A stretch of 63,892 bases of DNA, counting the filler, from Sluysia triapertura (Eukaryota), in assembly GCA_046118255.1 (NCBI GenBank). It is 5 parts of 5 records of this genome, joined end to end, with 100 filler letters (N's around TTAATTAATTAA, not from the genome) between each part and the next. Parts side by side here need not be neighbours in the genome. Positions count along the whole stretch, not along the records: positions 35,370 to 52,691 come from JBJNIA010189275.1; positions 52,792 to 63,892 come from JBJNIA010188854.1; 3 more parts are not named here. One strand, written 5' to 3'. The notes under the pieces were generated by a model. The model made no database searches, had not been told where the DNA came from, and worked only from the letters and a program-made list of their open reading frames with translations. Position numbers and translations under genes: made by a program. Of this stretch, positions 39,773 to 53,435 are shown piece by piece. Numbering within the stretch: the first letter of the stretch is position 1; every line of letters begins with the position of its first letter.

Positions 39773-41728
39773 CACTGATTAAAAACTGAAGGCATTCAAA
39801 TTAGTCAATGAGTTAATTTCAACTAGTAACTAGCTAAACTGGAAATTATTAAATAAAATTAATTTTACTGTTCCATGAAATGTTACAAAAAAAACAAAGT
39901 TTACACAATAATAACTTTAATTTACCATAATTTGATATAAATACATTATGATCTAAAATACCAAATAATAAAACATAAAATGTACATCACTTTTTTAGGA
40001 ATGGAATTGTAAAATTAGCGATTCTTTTTAACTACTAAAAAAGTAGATGATATTCCTCAATTTTTCAATATTGTGAAATTTTATTTATTTCGTAGTTAAA
40101 ATAGAGAATACAAAAATGCTTAAAGGATAAAAATCAGTAGTAAAATCAATACTATTAGAATCAAATCTAGACTATCAGTGTCCATAATTCTTACTACGAT
40201 TAGATTAAAATGTTTTCATGCGATTTGCAATGAAGCAGATTAAAGTAATATAACTGGTTCAGGAAAATTATTTACATTTTAGAGTAAGTCTTTGTGAAAA
40301 GTTTACTGAATTGTAAAACCGCTCAGGAATTTAACAATTTTATTCATGAATACGAATGAATCCTTGAAAAATACAAATTACAACAGTAACTGGCGAATCC
40401 ACGAAAAATTTTCAAACCGTTTGTTCGAAGTTATCAATGGTCTATAAATATAAAGATCAATTTGATTTAAATATTGGGAGTTGTCATGTTGAAGATATAT
40501 TAGCTTAATAAAAAAAAATAAGTAAATTGTCAATTATACAATAATTTTCAGTTTTATTTACTTTCGATACGATGGTTATTCCAGTATTTTTTTGCTTTTT
40601 CTCTTGCGAGAAAAAACGAAACATTTAAGCAACGCATCTCCAGTCTATCCATCTATTTTAAAAAAAGCTACATTTTCAACAAGTAATAATTAAAATACTT
40701 CTTTATTGTATGTTTTTGGATTTTGCTGCATATTTCAAATTTTGAATTTAATTTGATTTTGCTTTACATTTTTTAATAATTTAACTTTTGAGATTCTGGT
40801 AAATATAAATTTCTATTTACAGATAAAAATCAACAGAGTTTTAAGGTAAAATATATATAATACTCATGCAAGATCTCTTGGGAACTTGTACATTTCTTGT
40901 AATAACTTGTTTATTTTAACATTTCTTCAAAATTGCCACTATCTATTTTAAGTCTTAAGTATTTTAACTCAAAATATTTTGACTAGTCAAGTTAAAATGT
41001 ACCAAATTAAATAATATTTGGATCTCGCAGGTACCTCTATTTGGCATTTAGAGGTACCAAATACTTTTTATTTTTAAAATATTTTTGTAGTTTTTAATAT
41101 AAAATTGATTCATAAAAAATAGATTTAGATATGTTGGAGTGGGAAATAGAAGACTAATACAGATAACTTTTTATTAGTTAATTATTATTTTTGGACAAAA
41201 AATAAAAAAGTAGGTATACAAGTACAGCTAAGTATCACTTCCAGGCCGATAGAGTCTCAGATGGGCATTTACGTTGGTTTTAAGAGCATGGGTATTTAAC
41301 CTATTGTACTTTGAATTGGAAATCATTAGTAAAAAGATACAACCAGTGTATTATGAAAATAGAGAAAACATTTATAATCTAAAGAAAAGTAAACAATTTT
41401 AGATCTCCGGCATAATTTATATAAAAGTATGTAATCAAAAATTTATTTTAAATATTACTTAAATTGTAAATTATATTGTAATAATATTTTTTTTCTATCA
41501 TATATATCTAATACAGATATAATCATTTAGTTTTTGTGTTATGTTTGCTTTATATGTTGTCATAATTAATTATTTTCTTTATTACTTATAAATTCTGAAG
41601 ATGGTTCTACTAAAGAGATGCTAGTGCGGTTTTAATTTTATTTTAAATTAAGTATTATATGTCGATACGAAAAAAACTAAGTTAATTTACAAAAATACTA
41701 ATAACTCAACAAAATCGCTATAATTTAA

Positions 41729-41855
41729 TCTTTTAGCAGTGTGAGAAGTCCATGTGAATATAATATTCACAAATTTTTATATTCACATAATGAAAATTAA
41801 TGGAGCTATGGAAATGAGCATGCAATAACGACATTTTACATTCACTGCGAAAGGA
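41729..41855. mobile_element. piggyBac-type MITE (~127 bp)
   Basis: TTAA|TCTTTTAGCAGTG ... CACTGCGAAAGGA|TTAA: imperfect TIR with TTAA on both sides. Confidence 0.6.
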
Positions 41856-42616
41856 TTAACCTCTTAAAAATGTAGAACAAAATTTGTATTTCATATAATT
41901 AGTTAATTGTTTTTGAGTTAATAGTTCGTTTTGTAATTCTGATTGATCAAAGGTAATGAATACGCCAAATTCTTCCTTATAAATTTTGTCAAATATTTGT
42001 TTTACCGAGTTGTCGCTTTATTCTTATTTTGTTGTAATTATATTGTTTTCTGTAAAAAGAATATTTTGTCGTGCAATAATGAAACTTATTTTCTATAATC
42101 CTTTACAATTTCCTTTATATTCAAAGTATGACTAATTAAAATTTTAGTTCCATTCTCTAATAACCATTCTACAGTTAATTTCTACCTATAGCTTATTTCA
42201 TTATGTGACCAATTTCTTTCTGGTTTATTATATTATTCTTCTATTATGCAAATTTCATCTATGTATTATTTAATTTTCTATTGTATGTTTGGCCATTTTA
42301 TAGTCTATTTATAGACTCAGAATCTAATTTTTAGTTATTTGTTGGTACGTGCTAGTTTGTGCTTGTTAGGTATCATTTCTTCGTTTACATTTTAATAAGA
42401 TGGTTTTTTTACTTGTAAAATTTTCACTTGCTAATTAAGTGTAGAACTCTCAGATTTGTTTATTGCGTTACACTTTTATTCAGTTTGTTTTTAATTTAGG
42501 AACATTTTAAGATTTTCTTTTAATTGTAATTTTGCATTTAGATTTAAAAATTATATTTTGATTTCATTGTTATTTTTTAATTGTGCCTTTAGTTTATGTG
42601 ATGGCTGAATATTAAT

Positions 42617-43000
42617 TTAACCCATTACGTAGTATCATATTAGATTGGAAAGAAAGCCTAAGAAAAATTTTATATAGATTTAAAAATTGAATACCTCAAA
42701 TTTAGGAGTTGCGAATGGTGAGTTTCTTTAGGTCAACTATCTGAATCGACTCATCAAACTCAAAAAAGTTTTGCGTATTTAATGGGATATGAATAAAGTC
42801 ATTAAAAATTAATGATGGATAGATATGGTCAGCATTGATCATTACGAATGATGTAATTTTGCATCGTGGCATTGCAAGTCATTTCGAGTTCATTTTCAAA
42901 ATTTTATTAGGAAATTCTGCCACAAACCAGAAACAATCTAGTCATTGCTCTACCAGATTACCAAAGAATTCAATTGCAAATAGGAAGATATTTACAGAAA
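42617..43000 (-). mobile_element. Possible piggyBac transposase relic with a TTAACCC end
   Basis: TTAA|CCC terminus at 42617. Minus-strand fragments ..AMPRC.. and ..FDESI.. recall piggyBac MSRNRF and IDESM. Confidence 0.3.
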
Positions 43001-43959
43001 TTGAATAGAAGTTACTATGAAGATAAGTGAAGTAGACTGATTATTCCTTTAACTAAAATATTTTGAATTTATAAATACATGTAACTTTTTTAATCTCATT
43101 TTTCAGTAGACTTTCTTTTCAGCCTAATATTTTAAACAATCACAATTTTATTTTAAGAAATAAATTTTTTTGAAAACGATGAACTAAATTCGCCAATATT
43201 CGTAAATGTATTTATTTTATTTAAACAAATCAAAAAATATAATCAGATCACATCAATAAACAAAGTTGTACATAAAATTGTAAGTGTTTCAAATGTATAA
43301 CACTGGTACGTAATTGGTTAATAAAATGCATAAGTTACTTTGCATCAAAGATAAAGCAAGGTCAAAGTTCGGGTTTGGTTCCGAAGGGACGATAATTCAA
43401 TTTATAAAATATATGTCGAATAAAGTTTCGAGTTTGAAATTCTGTTGTTCCATACAAGCTTTGTATCACAGCATCAATAAAAATCAAAAATCTAAATGAA
43501 CCTAAAATCTAATGAAATATTTTATGAATTAATAATTAAAATTAGAATAACATTAAAAAATGAAATACAAAAAGTTACTAGCTTGATTAATTTAAATATA
43601 ATTGTTAGATATAAGCAATTTGATATTACATTTCACAAAGAAACATTGAATATTTCATTTCATATATTATGTAACAAATTTAAAATTTTAATGCAATCAA
43701 AAATTATTGAAAATAACTCAATTAAACATGAATATTTTGAGCAACAAAGCTTAAGGAAGTTTAATAGGCCCATATTCAACTCATAATAGAACAATAATTT
43801 ATAATTCCAGATCAATTAACCGTTTACACTAAAGCGTTGTAATTAATTATCAAGGATAATGGTAGTAATTTTAAGAATTCAACTTTTTAGGACACTAATT
43901 GAAACACTAAAATGAAACATATAGTTCTGTCTCGAATTGTAGGGTAATAGAAATAGATC

Positions 43960-44360
43960 CTCTTGAAAATGAATACATCCACCATGAGTTTCCTTAAGAA
44001 TGACTTCCGAAAATATTCAAACTAGAGACACTCTGTATACCATCCTGAACATTTTGTAAATAATTCATCAAAGTTTCGGATGAATATTTTTGCTTATGTA
44101 TGTTAGTTACTGCACTCTTACCAATAAAATCTCCCAGATTTTCACAGAGATTTAAATCAATGTTTTTCATTTCAACATTTGCTGGATGCCTTGTTTTAAC
44201 TTGATCGACAAGAGTAACAGGATACGGGAAGATAAAATAAAATTGTCTTTCAGTGCTGTGTTTTTGAAATATTTTGTTGTTCAGGATTTACCGTTTTCGA
44301 TATAGACGAGTGAAGCACATCGTCTATAGTCACCTAAGGTGAAGCCATTTTACTCGTTAT
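43960..44360 (-). mobile_element. Tc1/mariner-like transposase relic
   Basis: Minus-strand fragments KTRHPANV (cf. KHPASVMVW), DLNLCENLG (cf. PDLNPIENLW) and THGGCIHF (cf. AKGGHTKY) occur in the expected order. Confidence 0.55.
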
Positions 44361-46944
44361 TTGAATGGTTCAGTTTTCGTATAAAATAAAAATTATGCAA
44401 ATAAAGCCATTTTCACACTAATGGATAAGAAATTCACAGAACCAATGATGAGCTTTCTTGTTTTGTTCAGTTTGTGCATGCTTCCTGGTTATATGGTATA
44501 CTATCATTTCTATCTATTTCATGCTTTTACATACCGTCACGAAGTGGGCTTTATCACACCTTGCACTTAAATTTTCTAGTATCGTTATCTTACATTCCAG
44601 CACTTTATCTGCAGAAAGTTTCACATTAACTTAGCATATTTAACATTTTCCTATCTGCTACTTGTTCATTTACAGTTGTAAAGATCCGGTTCTAATTGTT
44701 TTTCACAAAGGTTTCACTTCGCAAACGATCAGACAATCACTTTTTAAAAAATTGCTTCTTTATCTGTCACCTTCTCGAGGCGCAAAAACGATCGATAAAG
44801 CGACGTACTTAGCTTTTAATTGCGTCTGGATATTCAATAAAAAAATTCGTACAATATATTTTTAAACATAAGTAGAAATATTATCTCCTTTAAACATCAC
44901 TTATTTAAATATAAAATATAATTTTTAATAGTAGATCTATTTGCAACATCCTATACCTTTTCTGGATGGCTAACTTAGATTTACATTATTATATTCAACA
45001 CGGTATTTAGTATTTAGTATTAGTACATTGGTTCTTAAGAAATAATTCATCTATCTATGGTAATGACAATATAATTTATTTCAAAGTATTCAATCACTAT
45101 TATGTTTTAAATGATTAGGAAAGGATACGTTACTTGAATTGGAATCTCATGGTGCGAGAAGAAATAGTAAAATAAATATATTCTTGATTATTGTTTGTTT
45201 ATTCAACAAATTAAATTTAATTGAAATACCACAAATAGCATAAACGTTTTCATTTCATTGAAAATATATAAAATTGATGAACATATAAAAGTTATTTTAA
45301 TTGCATTTAAAAGGGTTAAATAAAAACAATTTTTTAATTTTTAAAGATGCACAGCCAACACTAGAGCATAACTGAATTATTCTACCCTAAAATAAAAAAT
45401 AGATATCAGTGAATATAAATGGATTCGTTATTTATAATTCAGTGTTCCTACATTCGTAACCATTAACAAATTCAAAAATATGAAATTAACTAAAAGTTCA
45501 TTATTAAAACTAAACTTAATTTTTGTTAGATATACATTAAGCAACATTCCTAACAGGTTTATATGCTAAAGAATCTAAGTCGGCTCGTAATCTGTTAAAT
45601 GTCGAAGTCTTCTACATATTCTCGATTTCTGAAACTGACAATTTCCTTGATTCCAAGTTCAGTCTATCATTCATGTCTAGTAAGTATAATGTTACTGCAA
45701 TGGTACTAAGTTTAATTTTTCAAAATTTAAAATCGATCTTTCCTTTAAATTATTGCTCTAAAATCTCATGACTCATTTACATTGATCTTAATATTTATAT
45801 ATTGAATCATTATCATCATCATCATTGATTTTTTTAGTTGAACTTGTAGGATAACTACAAATTAACCTAATCGGTAGTTCCTTACACCACCAAATATCAA
45901 TGTTTGATTGGAGTACAATTCATTTTTATGGACCTGATTGAAATTCATTGAGATGTATCACAATTTCTATTCAGAAATAGGTTTTTAAGAATCAAATGAT
46001 ATATCAGTATCTTCAACTTTAATCTTATTATATGTAGCAAATCAAGACGGTTTTTTGATTGAACGGTTTTTTCGAAGTATGAATAGCCAATCTGTTCATT
46101 AATATTCACAGATGCACAAGTCAATTTTCAACTAATTATGTTGTATCGAAAAGTTGACATTCTAACACAATTATTCCTTTAAGCTTTATGCTCTACCGTC
46201 GGTATTATCTTTATTGGTACTTACGCATTGCTGCATGTTTCATCTAAGTCATCTAAAGATTTTCCTAAATCGTGTATTTTTGCTACTAATTTTCGTATTA
46301 ATTTCCTAATTTTTCTTAATTATTATACATGTTAATGCAAAAAATTTTCATATACATAATAAAGTAACAATATATAATAATTAACAATAATGTTAATTAT
46401 TGTTAACAGTTATAACGCTGATTATTAAACAATGCAAATAAATAAAATAATTTTTAGAATTTAGTTTTATGAACATTTTCTTGACAAAACTATATAATAG
46501 TCAGAAATCCGATATTTATCGCCAACTCAAAAACTTTCGATGATTTGACACCAAGCAATATAAGCGCTTGGAAAGGTATTAAGCCGAAGATGTACAAAAA
46601 TGTAATTGATTCTGACCTCTAACAACGTTTTGAAAATAAAGATTTCAATTTTGTGAAAAATAACTTATATATTATTTATTTGTAATTGTAAATTTTAATG
46701 TACATTAATTTGATTTCTAAAAAACATTTTAAATTAATTCGGATTGAATAATTCATTTATGCCATTCGTAAGTCTAATAAAGATATTAAATTTTATTTTT
46801 ACTATAATGTAATTAGAGAGCAAGATATAAAATTTTAGTTCAAAACAAAAGATGGATTATTAACCTGACTAAAGGTTGCTTCATTGCAGGCTAAGAACAG
46901 TAAAAATTAATTTCCTGTTACTTTTTCAAAAATGACATTAATTA

Positions 46945-47400
46945 TTAATTAAATTCACTTACTTGTGTTAATACTGTATTAGAATATAAGTATTTTGATG
47001 CTGTTAAATTACATTCATTTGTATTAGTATTTGATTCATTTAAATTTGGATTAGGTGAATAATGTGTTGATAAAGAATTGATAATGTGACTGATCGGTAC
47101 TTTGGAGCGGAATGGTGAATTAGTTCGTGGTAGATATCCAGATGAAACTGAATTTGGCCGAGTGTCCATCATTGAATGTGATGACAATAAATTCGCTGTT
47201 GAACTAGGCCGTTTGAATTGATTAGATAAAGAGGAAGTAGGGGTTGAAGTTGGTGTTTGAATTAATGGTGTATTAACAATCGGATACCACAGGGTGCTTG
47301 AGCGAGACATACTTGATGATTTCGAAAAATCATAAAGATCACTTTGAATTAATGAACTTTCGTAAGACAACCAGCGAATATCCATTTGATATTTAGAAAG
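46945..47400 (-). CDS. KLC: Probable terminal exon of kinesin light chain (Ser/Pro/Thr-rich tail)
   Basis: Acceptor CCCTGTATAG at 47401 (minus). Phase 0, in frame with ORF 47385-46945 and compatible with the phase-0 donor after 49270. Confidence 0.65.
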   Translation of the reverse strand, partial: LSKYQMDIRWLSYESSLIQSDLYDFSKSSSMSRSSTLWYPIVNTPLIQTPTSTPTSSLSNQFKRPSSTANLLSSHSMMDTRPNSVSSGYLPRTNSPFRSKVPISHIINSLSTHYSPNPNLNESNTNTNECNLTASKYLYSNTVLTQVSEFN

Positions 47401-49269
47401 CTATACAGGGAAATTACTAACAGTGCATGCATGTAATTAGAAAAATCAGTACATAATAAAAAATCCTAAGTTTTACTATTACAACAATATTAAACACACA
47501 CAAATTTAACATTGCATGGCAAACAGGACTAATTCGACAATTAATGAGTATTCTTAACAAATATATAAAATTTAAACTATCGATTGAATGAATTTAAATC
47601 TTTGATTTTTAATGTTTAAATTGGTGTAAGCCATATTAAATAATTATATTAATAATTCATTTGAAAATTGAATTGTTTTTAGAAACTCGTTAATACTCTT
47701 AAATGAAGTAAATCAAATGTTAACATAAATTTTGCTCAAATATAGATAGATCATTAGCACTAGCATTACTGCTACTACTACAACCACCACTTTTTAATTA
47801 TTTCCTTTAATTGCGACCTTGAATGTCATTTTCATAATCAAAAAACTGAATTTTTAAAAGTCGATCTGATCAATAATTTTGATTATCGATAAACTATCGA
47901 ATTCATTTTTTAATGTTGTTGAAGTTCTACTTAATTGTGGTACTATTTAAATTAATATCAATCCAAATACAAAAGTAACTACTAAAAATTAGTTGATTAT
48001 CTGTGGAAAGAGAGTTACAATTTGGAACATGTATCATGTACCATGCGCAAAAAAAAATTAAATACATTTGTTTTAGTTTTATTTGATTCGTATAATTTGT
48101 ATATTAAATGGAGAAAGTTATTTTATTTAGATATCTCATTAAATTTTTCTGGTGAAGTTATATATAGATGTAGCTTTCAGTATCCACATGTTTAAAGGAA
48201 ATTTAAAGGTCAAGATTATAATAAATGAAGATTCTCTTCGGTACGTTTTCTATTTTAGTTATGGATTTGACAAAGATTTTGACGTCAATTGTAAATTTAA
48301 ATTAACTTATTTTAAGTCATCAAAAGTCAAATGTGATATTTTTATTCAAACATTAATTAAAATAGTGTAAAAGTTTGTATTACTTTTAACATTCCATCTT
48401 AATTTAAAGCATTCAACAGAACGGAACAAAGATAATATATTACACCTTCATGAAAATTTATGAAACAATATGTTTGATAATGTTTGAAAATGTTTGATAT
48501 TTAAATTAATACAAGATTTTAAACTTTTCAGAAACATTTAGGATGAATCTTCGTTTAATTCCACATCAATATTAGAAAATACTTCGTAAATATTCTATGA
48601 CGTACAAAAGTAGATGGGTTAACATATTCTCGCAAAAAATAACCAAGTGTTAAATCTGGAAATATTCGATTGTTTTCTTAATTAAGAATTACTCAATTAT
48701 ATAATTTTTAATTTATGATAAATTTTGTGATAAACATAGATTTGAAAAAATACTGAAAGTATTTTATTGTAACATTAAAACTATTAAGCCCTTAATTTGG
48801 CTGTCATAAATCTTACGAAATTAATTTATTCAAACTTCAGAAATTAAATACTAGACACAACGTATTTCAGTCTAATACAAACAATTTAAAGCAACTTTTC
48901 CAGAGTTTTTTAACACATCTTAAAATGTATATACAACTTAGGGGATAATTATTATAAACTTCATATTTTTAAACTTCAGGACTAACCACCTAAATTAAAT
49001 AATTATTATTAATTGCCTTAAATATTAACAAAAGCACCACAATTTATAATTGTCAAGAATACTCATTATCTGAAGTTTTTACACTTACACAAATATTTTT
49101 GCTCTTTATTTTACTCAATTAATCTTTTAAATATGAAATTCAAAACAAAAACTTCGATAAATTTAAATGTTTTTTGATATTTATAAATTAAATACATTGT
49201 CAAAATGAAAGATTTGTGTAAAAGCTTCTTGAAATGTAAAAAAATAGAGGTATACAATTAATTAATTAC

Positions 49270-49731
49270 CGATTTACCAGCCCAGGCAAGCCATTCTTCT
49301 AGCGTATCAGAAGCGATTTGTTTATTATCTCGTTTATAAAGTGTTGACAACAATTTTAAAGTCATCATCAAAGCTATTTTGTTTTCTTTGCTTTTAGATT
49401 TCATTTCAAATCCAAATGGCGGTGGTTGATTATCTAAGTCTAATACAGTTCCATTGGTAGATACAGTGTTTATCTGATTATTATCCGAACTAACCGGAAC
49501 AACTGATACAAAAGATTCATCTGCACCTGTTTCTGCTGTAGTTGTATTGAGAGTATCAACAGACATTGATAACTTACGAGTACGATCTCGCTCTTCTGCT
49601 ATAACCCAGATAGGTTTACTCTTCGTATCACGTTCCATACCACTCCACTGTTTATTAGAAGCTTCAGTCAGGACTTCTTTTAATAAACTTTCAGCTTCCC
49701 GTAATTTGCCTTGTTTCAAATATGAATTTGC
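49270..49731 (-). CDS. KLC: Kinesin light chain TPR5-TPR6 exon
   Basis: ANSYLKQGKLREAESLLKEVLTEA..KPIWVIAEER and TLKLLSTLYKRDNKQIASDTLEE match KLC [34 protein letters not shown] and [23 protein letters not shown]. Acceptor TTATTAG at 49732; donor GTAATT at 49269 (unspliced, the stop is at 49258). Confidence 0.92.
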
Positions 49732-50449
49732 CTAATAATTATTACGCCGATATCAAACCAAAAAATTTAAATACAATTAAATGTATTACTCCTATTCCAA
49801 TATATTGAATACAGGAATACTATACATATCGTGGTTAAGTAGTTTCGAAAAATGCCCACTTTATGCAAATTATTCCTGTACATTATTTAATACTCGAAAT
49901 AAACCACACCATATATAACCACTGTAATTTATTTACTATTAATCAAATACAGAAGCATATTGAAAATAAATATGTTACTTATAATGGATTTCGCAATTTG
50001 ACTGAAAAAACAAAGTAAATATCTATAGTATAAATAAAAATAAAAATTTTTTTTAATTTATTCATTACGAATGAAAAATACATATGAATTTTACCTACTT
50101 AAATTTATCGAATAAATTATTTGATTCATCTATGTTTTTAATTCCTCGAAATATTTTGAGTTATTTTTTTAATTATTTTTTGCAACCTTTCATGAATTTC
50201 ATTTAAAATTTAACTCATTTTCATTATTTTATGCCATTCTGATGGATATTGTGAGGCAAGGAGAAATGCTTTGATAATTGCTAATTAAATCATGGAAGAA
50301 TGTCTGAAAGTGAACCAGACTGCTTTGACAATGAAAGTATTGTAATTTAAAGCTATTTGTGCTTTAAATGCAGAAGTAAATGCTAAAGGATACATTGAAC
50401 ATTATCTCAAGCCATTCATTGACTTTTATTAGGCATCCTAATCGGCTAT

Positions 50450-50516
50450 CAACCAGGGCTTATTTTAAAGCCATCTTGAAAATCACGCTAGGTCTTATTT
50501 TCAGGGAAACACGGTA
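50450..50516. mobile_element. pogo/Tigger-like element end
   Basis: AGGTCTTATTTTCAGGGAAACACGG|TA resembles a Tigger/pogo-type TIR followed by TA; subterminal repeat GGGCTTATTTT. Confidence 0.5.
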
Positions 50517-51150
50517 TGTATAATAATGTTCATTGGCTAAATCATAATAAGGTGCTTGAACGACTTGTTGAAATTTAAATGAAATACGAATTTTGAGTGG
50601 ATTTGCAAACTAATGTTTGTCAGATTTTTGCTTATATTTAAATGAATTAAATACTAAATTACAAGGCAGTTGAAGAATATCGTTATTATGTTTGATATAA
50701 TCAAAACATTTAAAGCTAAATTACAAATCACAAGGATTTTCAAATATTTTCCCAAATTAAAACAGTATAAGATAGACTTTGATATATAAGGAAAACCAGA
50801 TATTGTTACACTTTCAGAACAATTTTCTATTGGAATTGATCAGAATTTTCGGAAAGATTTAAGAAGTTCACAAATTTGAACTAATAAATTTATATTATTT
50901 CCAGATACATTATTAAAAGAACAACTGAATTTAGCGCAATTAGAATGGATAAGTTTGAACAATTTGAAAAGCCATTATTAGAATTTCAGTCAATTTCCAT
51001 TTAGAATCAAAAGTTTATTGATTTAAGAATTATTTTAGAAAATGATTATCTGAAACAGCGATTAATAATGTTGGTAATACGGTACTTTCTACTAGGAATT
51101 GTATGTCTGATAGATTTTATTCACTTTAAAATGTAGCATTAACTATAATT
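50517..51150 (+). mobile_element. hAT (Buster/Charlie, GTF2IRD2-like) transposase relic
   Basis: YNNVHWLNHNKVLERLVE (cf. xxVRWLSKGKVLERF), FILFPD and LLEFQSISI*NQKFIDLR in order; multiple stops and frameshifts. Confidence 0.65.
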
Positions 51151-51191
51151 ATAATAAAAAACTTCACAAAAAGCACACTAATAATTTATTA

Positions 51192-51478
51192 TAGGGTTAA
51201 TTAATCTATTGAATAACTGCTGTAATATATTAATAATTACATTATTTTGTTTGGTTTAAAAAAATCATGAAAAATTTTTATTGTCTAAATGACATCATCT
51301 AATCGTCTTGTTTTTCTGGAATTAGATTTTGTCATTTAGGGAAGTAAAAACTTTTCATGATTTATTTAAATCAAACAAAATAATGTAATTATTTAATTGA
51401 TTGGAAGATTACTTAATTGATTATTTAAACAATTATTTAAATGTTTGAAATAATTATTTAATAGACCTAAAAACCCTA
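51192..51478. mobile_element. Foldback MITE with TAGGG..CCCTA ends
   Basis: Outer inverted repeat TAGGGTT..TCTATTGAATAA / TTATTTAATAGA..AACCCTA; inner ~70-bp arms 51232-51303 and 51321-51393 are near-complementary. Confidence 0.7.
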
Positions 51479-52691
51479 CAAATGTAGACTATTATTATTA
51501 TTATTCTTATTTTATTATTATTATTAAGTAATTTTTTTACTTTTGTGTTATGGCTTTCAAATGAAATACTAGAATTGCATATCTGTTTGTTTTTGCAAAT
51601 AAAGGTATTCATTTTTTAATTATTGAAAAATGCTACTAACTCAATTTATTTTGCGCGCTACAGACATCTGAAAAATGTTTTCCATCAGTCGTCCAGATTA
51701 AGTGTTATAAAATCAAAAGTTATAAAATTGTATTCCCGATTTTAGTTTTAACTTTTATACTTTGAATGATCTGATATATAAACAATAAATTCACATAAAT
51801 AAATTATATTTACATTATAAATTCAATATTTTCGTAATAAATGTTCATTGTCATAATGTTAATTATCATAATTCAATATTTACATAAATGTCATCATTAT
51901 AAGTATTATTAACAAATGTTAATAATTATTAATACACGTTCATAATTTATATTATCATAATAATTATTATTATTGTCATCATGATTGCTATTACTTATTA
52001 CTATTTTCATCGTTGACCGATTATAAATTATTATTAACCAATTGTGACTCTGACATTTTTGTACAAACATGGTCAATTTTATTCTATATTAGAATTCTAG
52101 TCATATTCGGATCTACTTAATTAATCTGTTTTTATTCTATATTATAGATGTATTTACGTCTGCCCTATATCATCAATTCACGTTTTTTGCATTTATAAGG
52201 CGTTATTGTTTAGTATGTAGCTCATTTCTTAACTAAGTTAGATAATATACCGATATGTTTCAAATGTACAAGATGTTAAATTATTGGAAGATTGTGAAAG
52301 ATTTGACAGTTTTTGCGTGTCACTTGAGCTCCAGCCACGTAAAAATACAAATTTAGCAGTTTTGTCTCAGAGAGGGAATATCATATAAATAAGGTGAACA
52401 TATGGCCTTTGTATTGCTAACCTATGCTTTGCATTGTTTTTTCTCTAAAGTTTTGTTTGTCGAATTAATTGGTCTCAAGATATCACCAAAAAACGTCCGC
52501 GGCTAATTATACCCACAGGCCAAGTGTGAAGAAGGCAATGTTTCTGTTTCAGAAATATTAAGTTGATATTAGAGCAGTATAAATTAACATACTATTATTT
52601 TCATTTTTATTTTTATTTTGTTTTTTGAGTATTTCTTAAAATATTTCTTTTCCATTTTTAGATTTCGAAGTTTTCTTGAAAATTATTTTAA

Positions 52692-52791
52692 NNNNNNNNN
52701 NNNNNNNNNNNNNNNNNNNNNNNNNNNNNNNNNNNTTAATTAATTAANNNNNNNNNNNNNNNNNNNNNNNNNNNNNNNNNNNNNNNNNNNN
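52692..52791. other. Artificial contig linker
   Basis: 44N-TTAATTAATTAA-44N. Confidence 0.97.
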
Positions 52792-53368
52792 CTGAGGTTT
52801 TGAGTTTATTCAATTATTGATTTTTGATTTAATAATTTGGGAAGATAAAAATATTAAAAGACACAACAATTTGTTTACAATACTTTCTAATGCTGAGATT
52901 TCACCTCATTGAAACAATTTTCAACTTCGAATAATATTTTTCATTTATTTTAGTCTCTCGCTGAAAATGTCTCGAATTTCGGCACAAAGTCACTTGTTTA
53001 ACGAAATCAGTGATTTCTTTGTTGCTAAGGACTTTAACGAACCTGGGACCTTAAAAATTGTCGTTAGTGTTGCCGTAATTCATGAAGAGTTGAAATGGTC
53101 CGCCTTCGTTGTGTTTCAGTTATCACACATTTTGTAATTTATCAAAAATTTTAATTTCAAGGAAAAAAGTGTTACCTGTGACGAAGAAAAATGGAGCTTT
53201 ATTTAGTAACACCGTAAAAACAATAATTTAATGCAATTTTGAAAATATTTGCACACCTGATAGACAGCTTTGATTACTTAACATTCATATTATAATTATT
53301 AATTTTTGATCTTTAAATAATTTTTTATCTATAGTTTGAATTTTATTAAAACTTTCATATTTTTTCAG

Positions 53369-53435
53369 CTGTGATAACCATTAGTGCCATATTGGTTATA
53401 TTAATCATAATAGTTATTATTCTTGTAATTTTGAA
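53369..53435 (+). CDS. NPDC1: Transmembrane-helix exon, probably of the NPDC1/CAB-1-like gene
   Basis: TTTTTCAG acceptor; VITISAILVILIIIVIILVIL; donor GTAAGT at 53436 (phase 2), compatible with the exon at 58259. Confidence 0.6.

Noticed and set aside
41030-41058. GGTACCTCTA/TAGAGGTACC 10-bp hairpin
   Set aside because: Isolated, with no second copy or U-tract. Bacterial-type terminators are not expected in this eukaryotic DNA.
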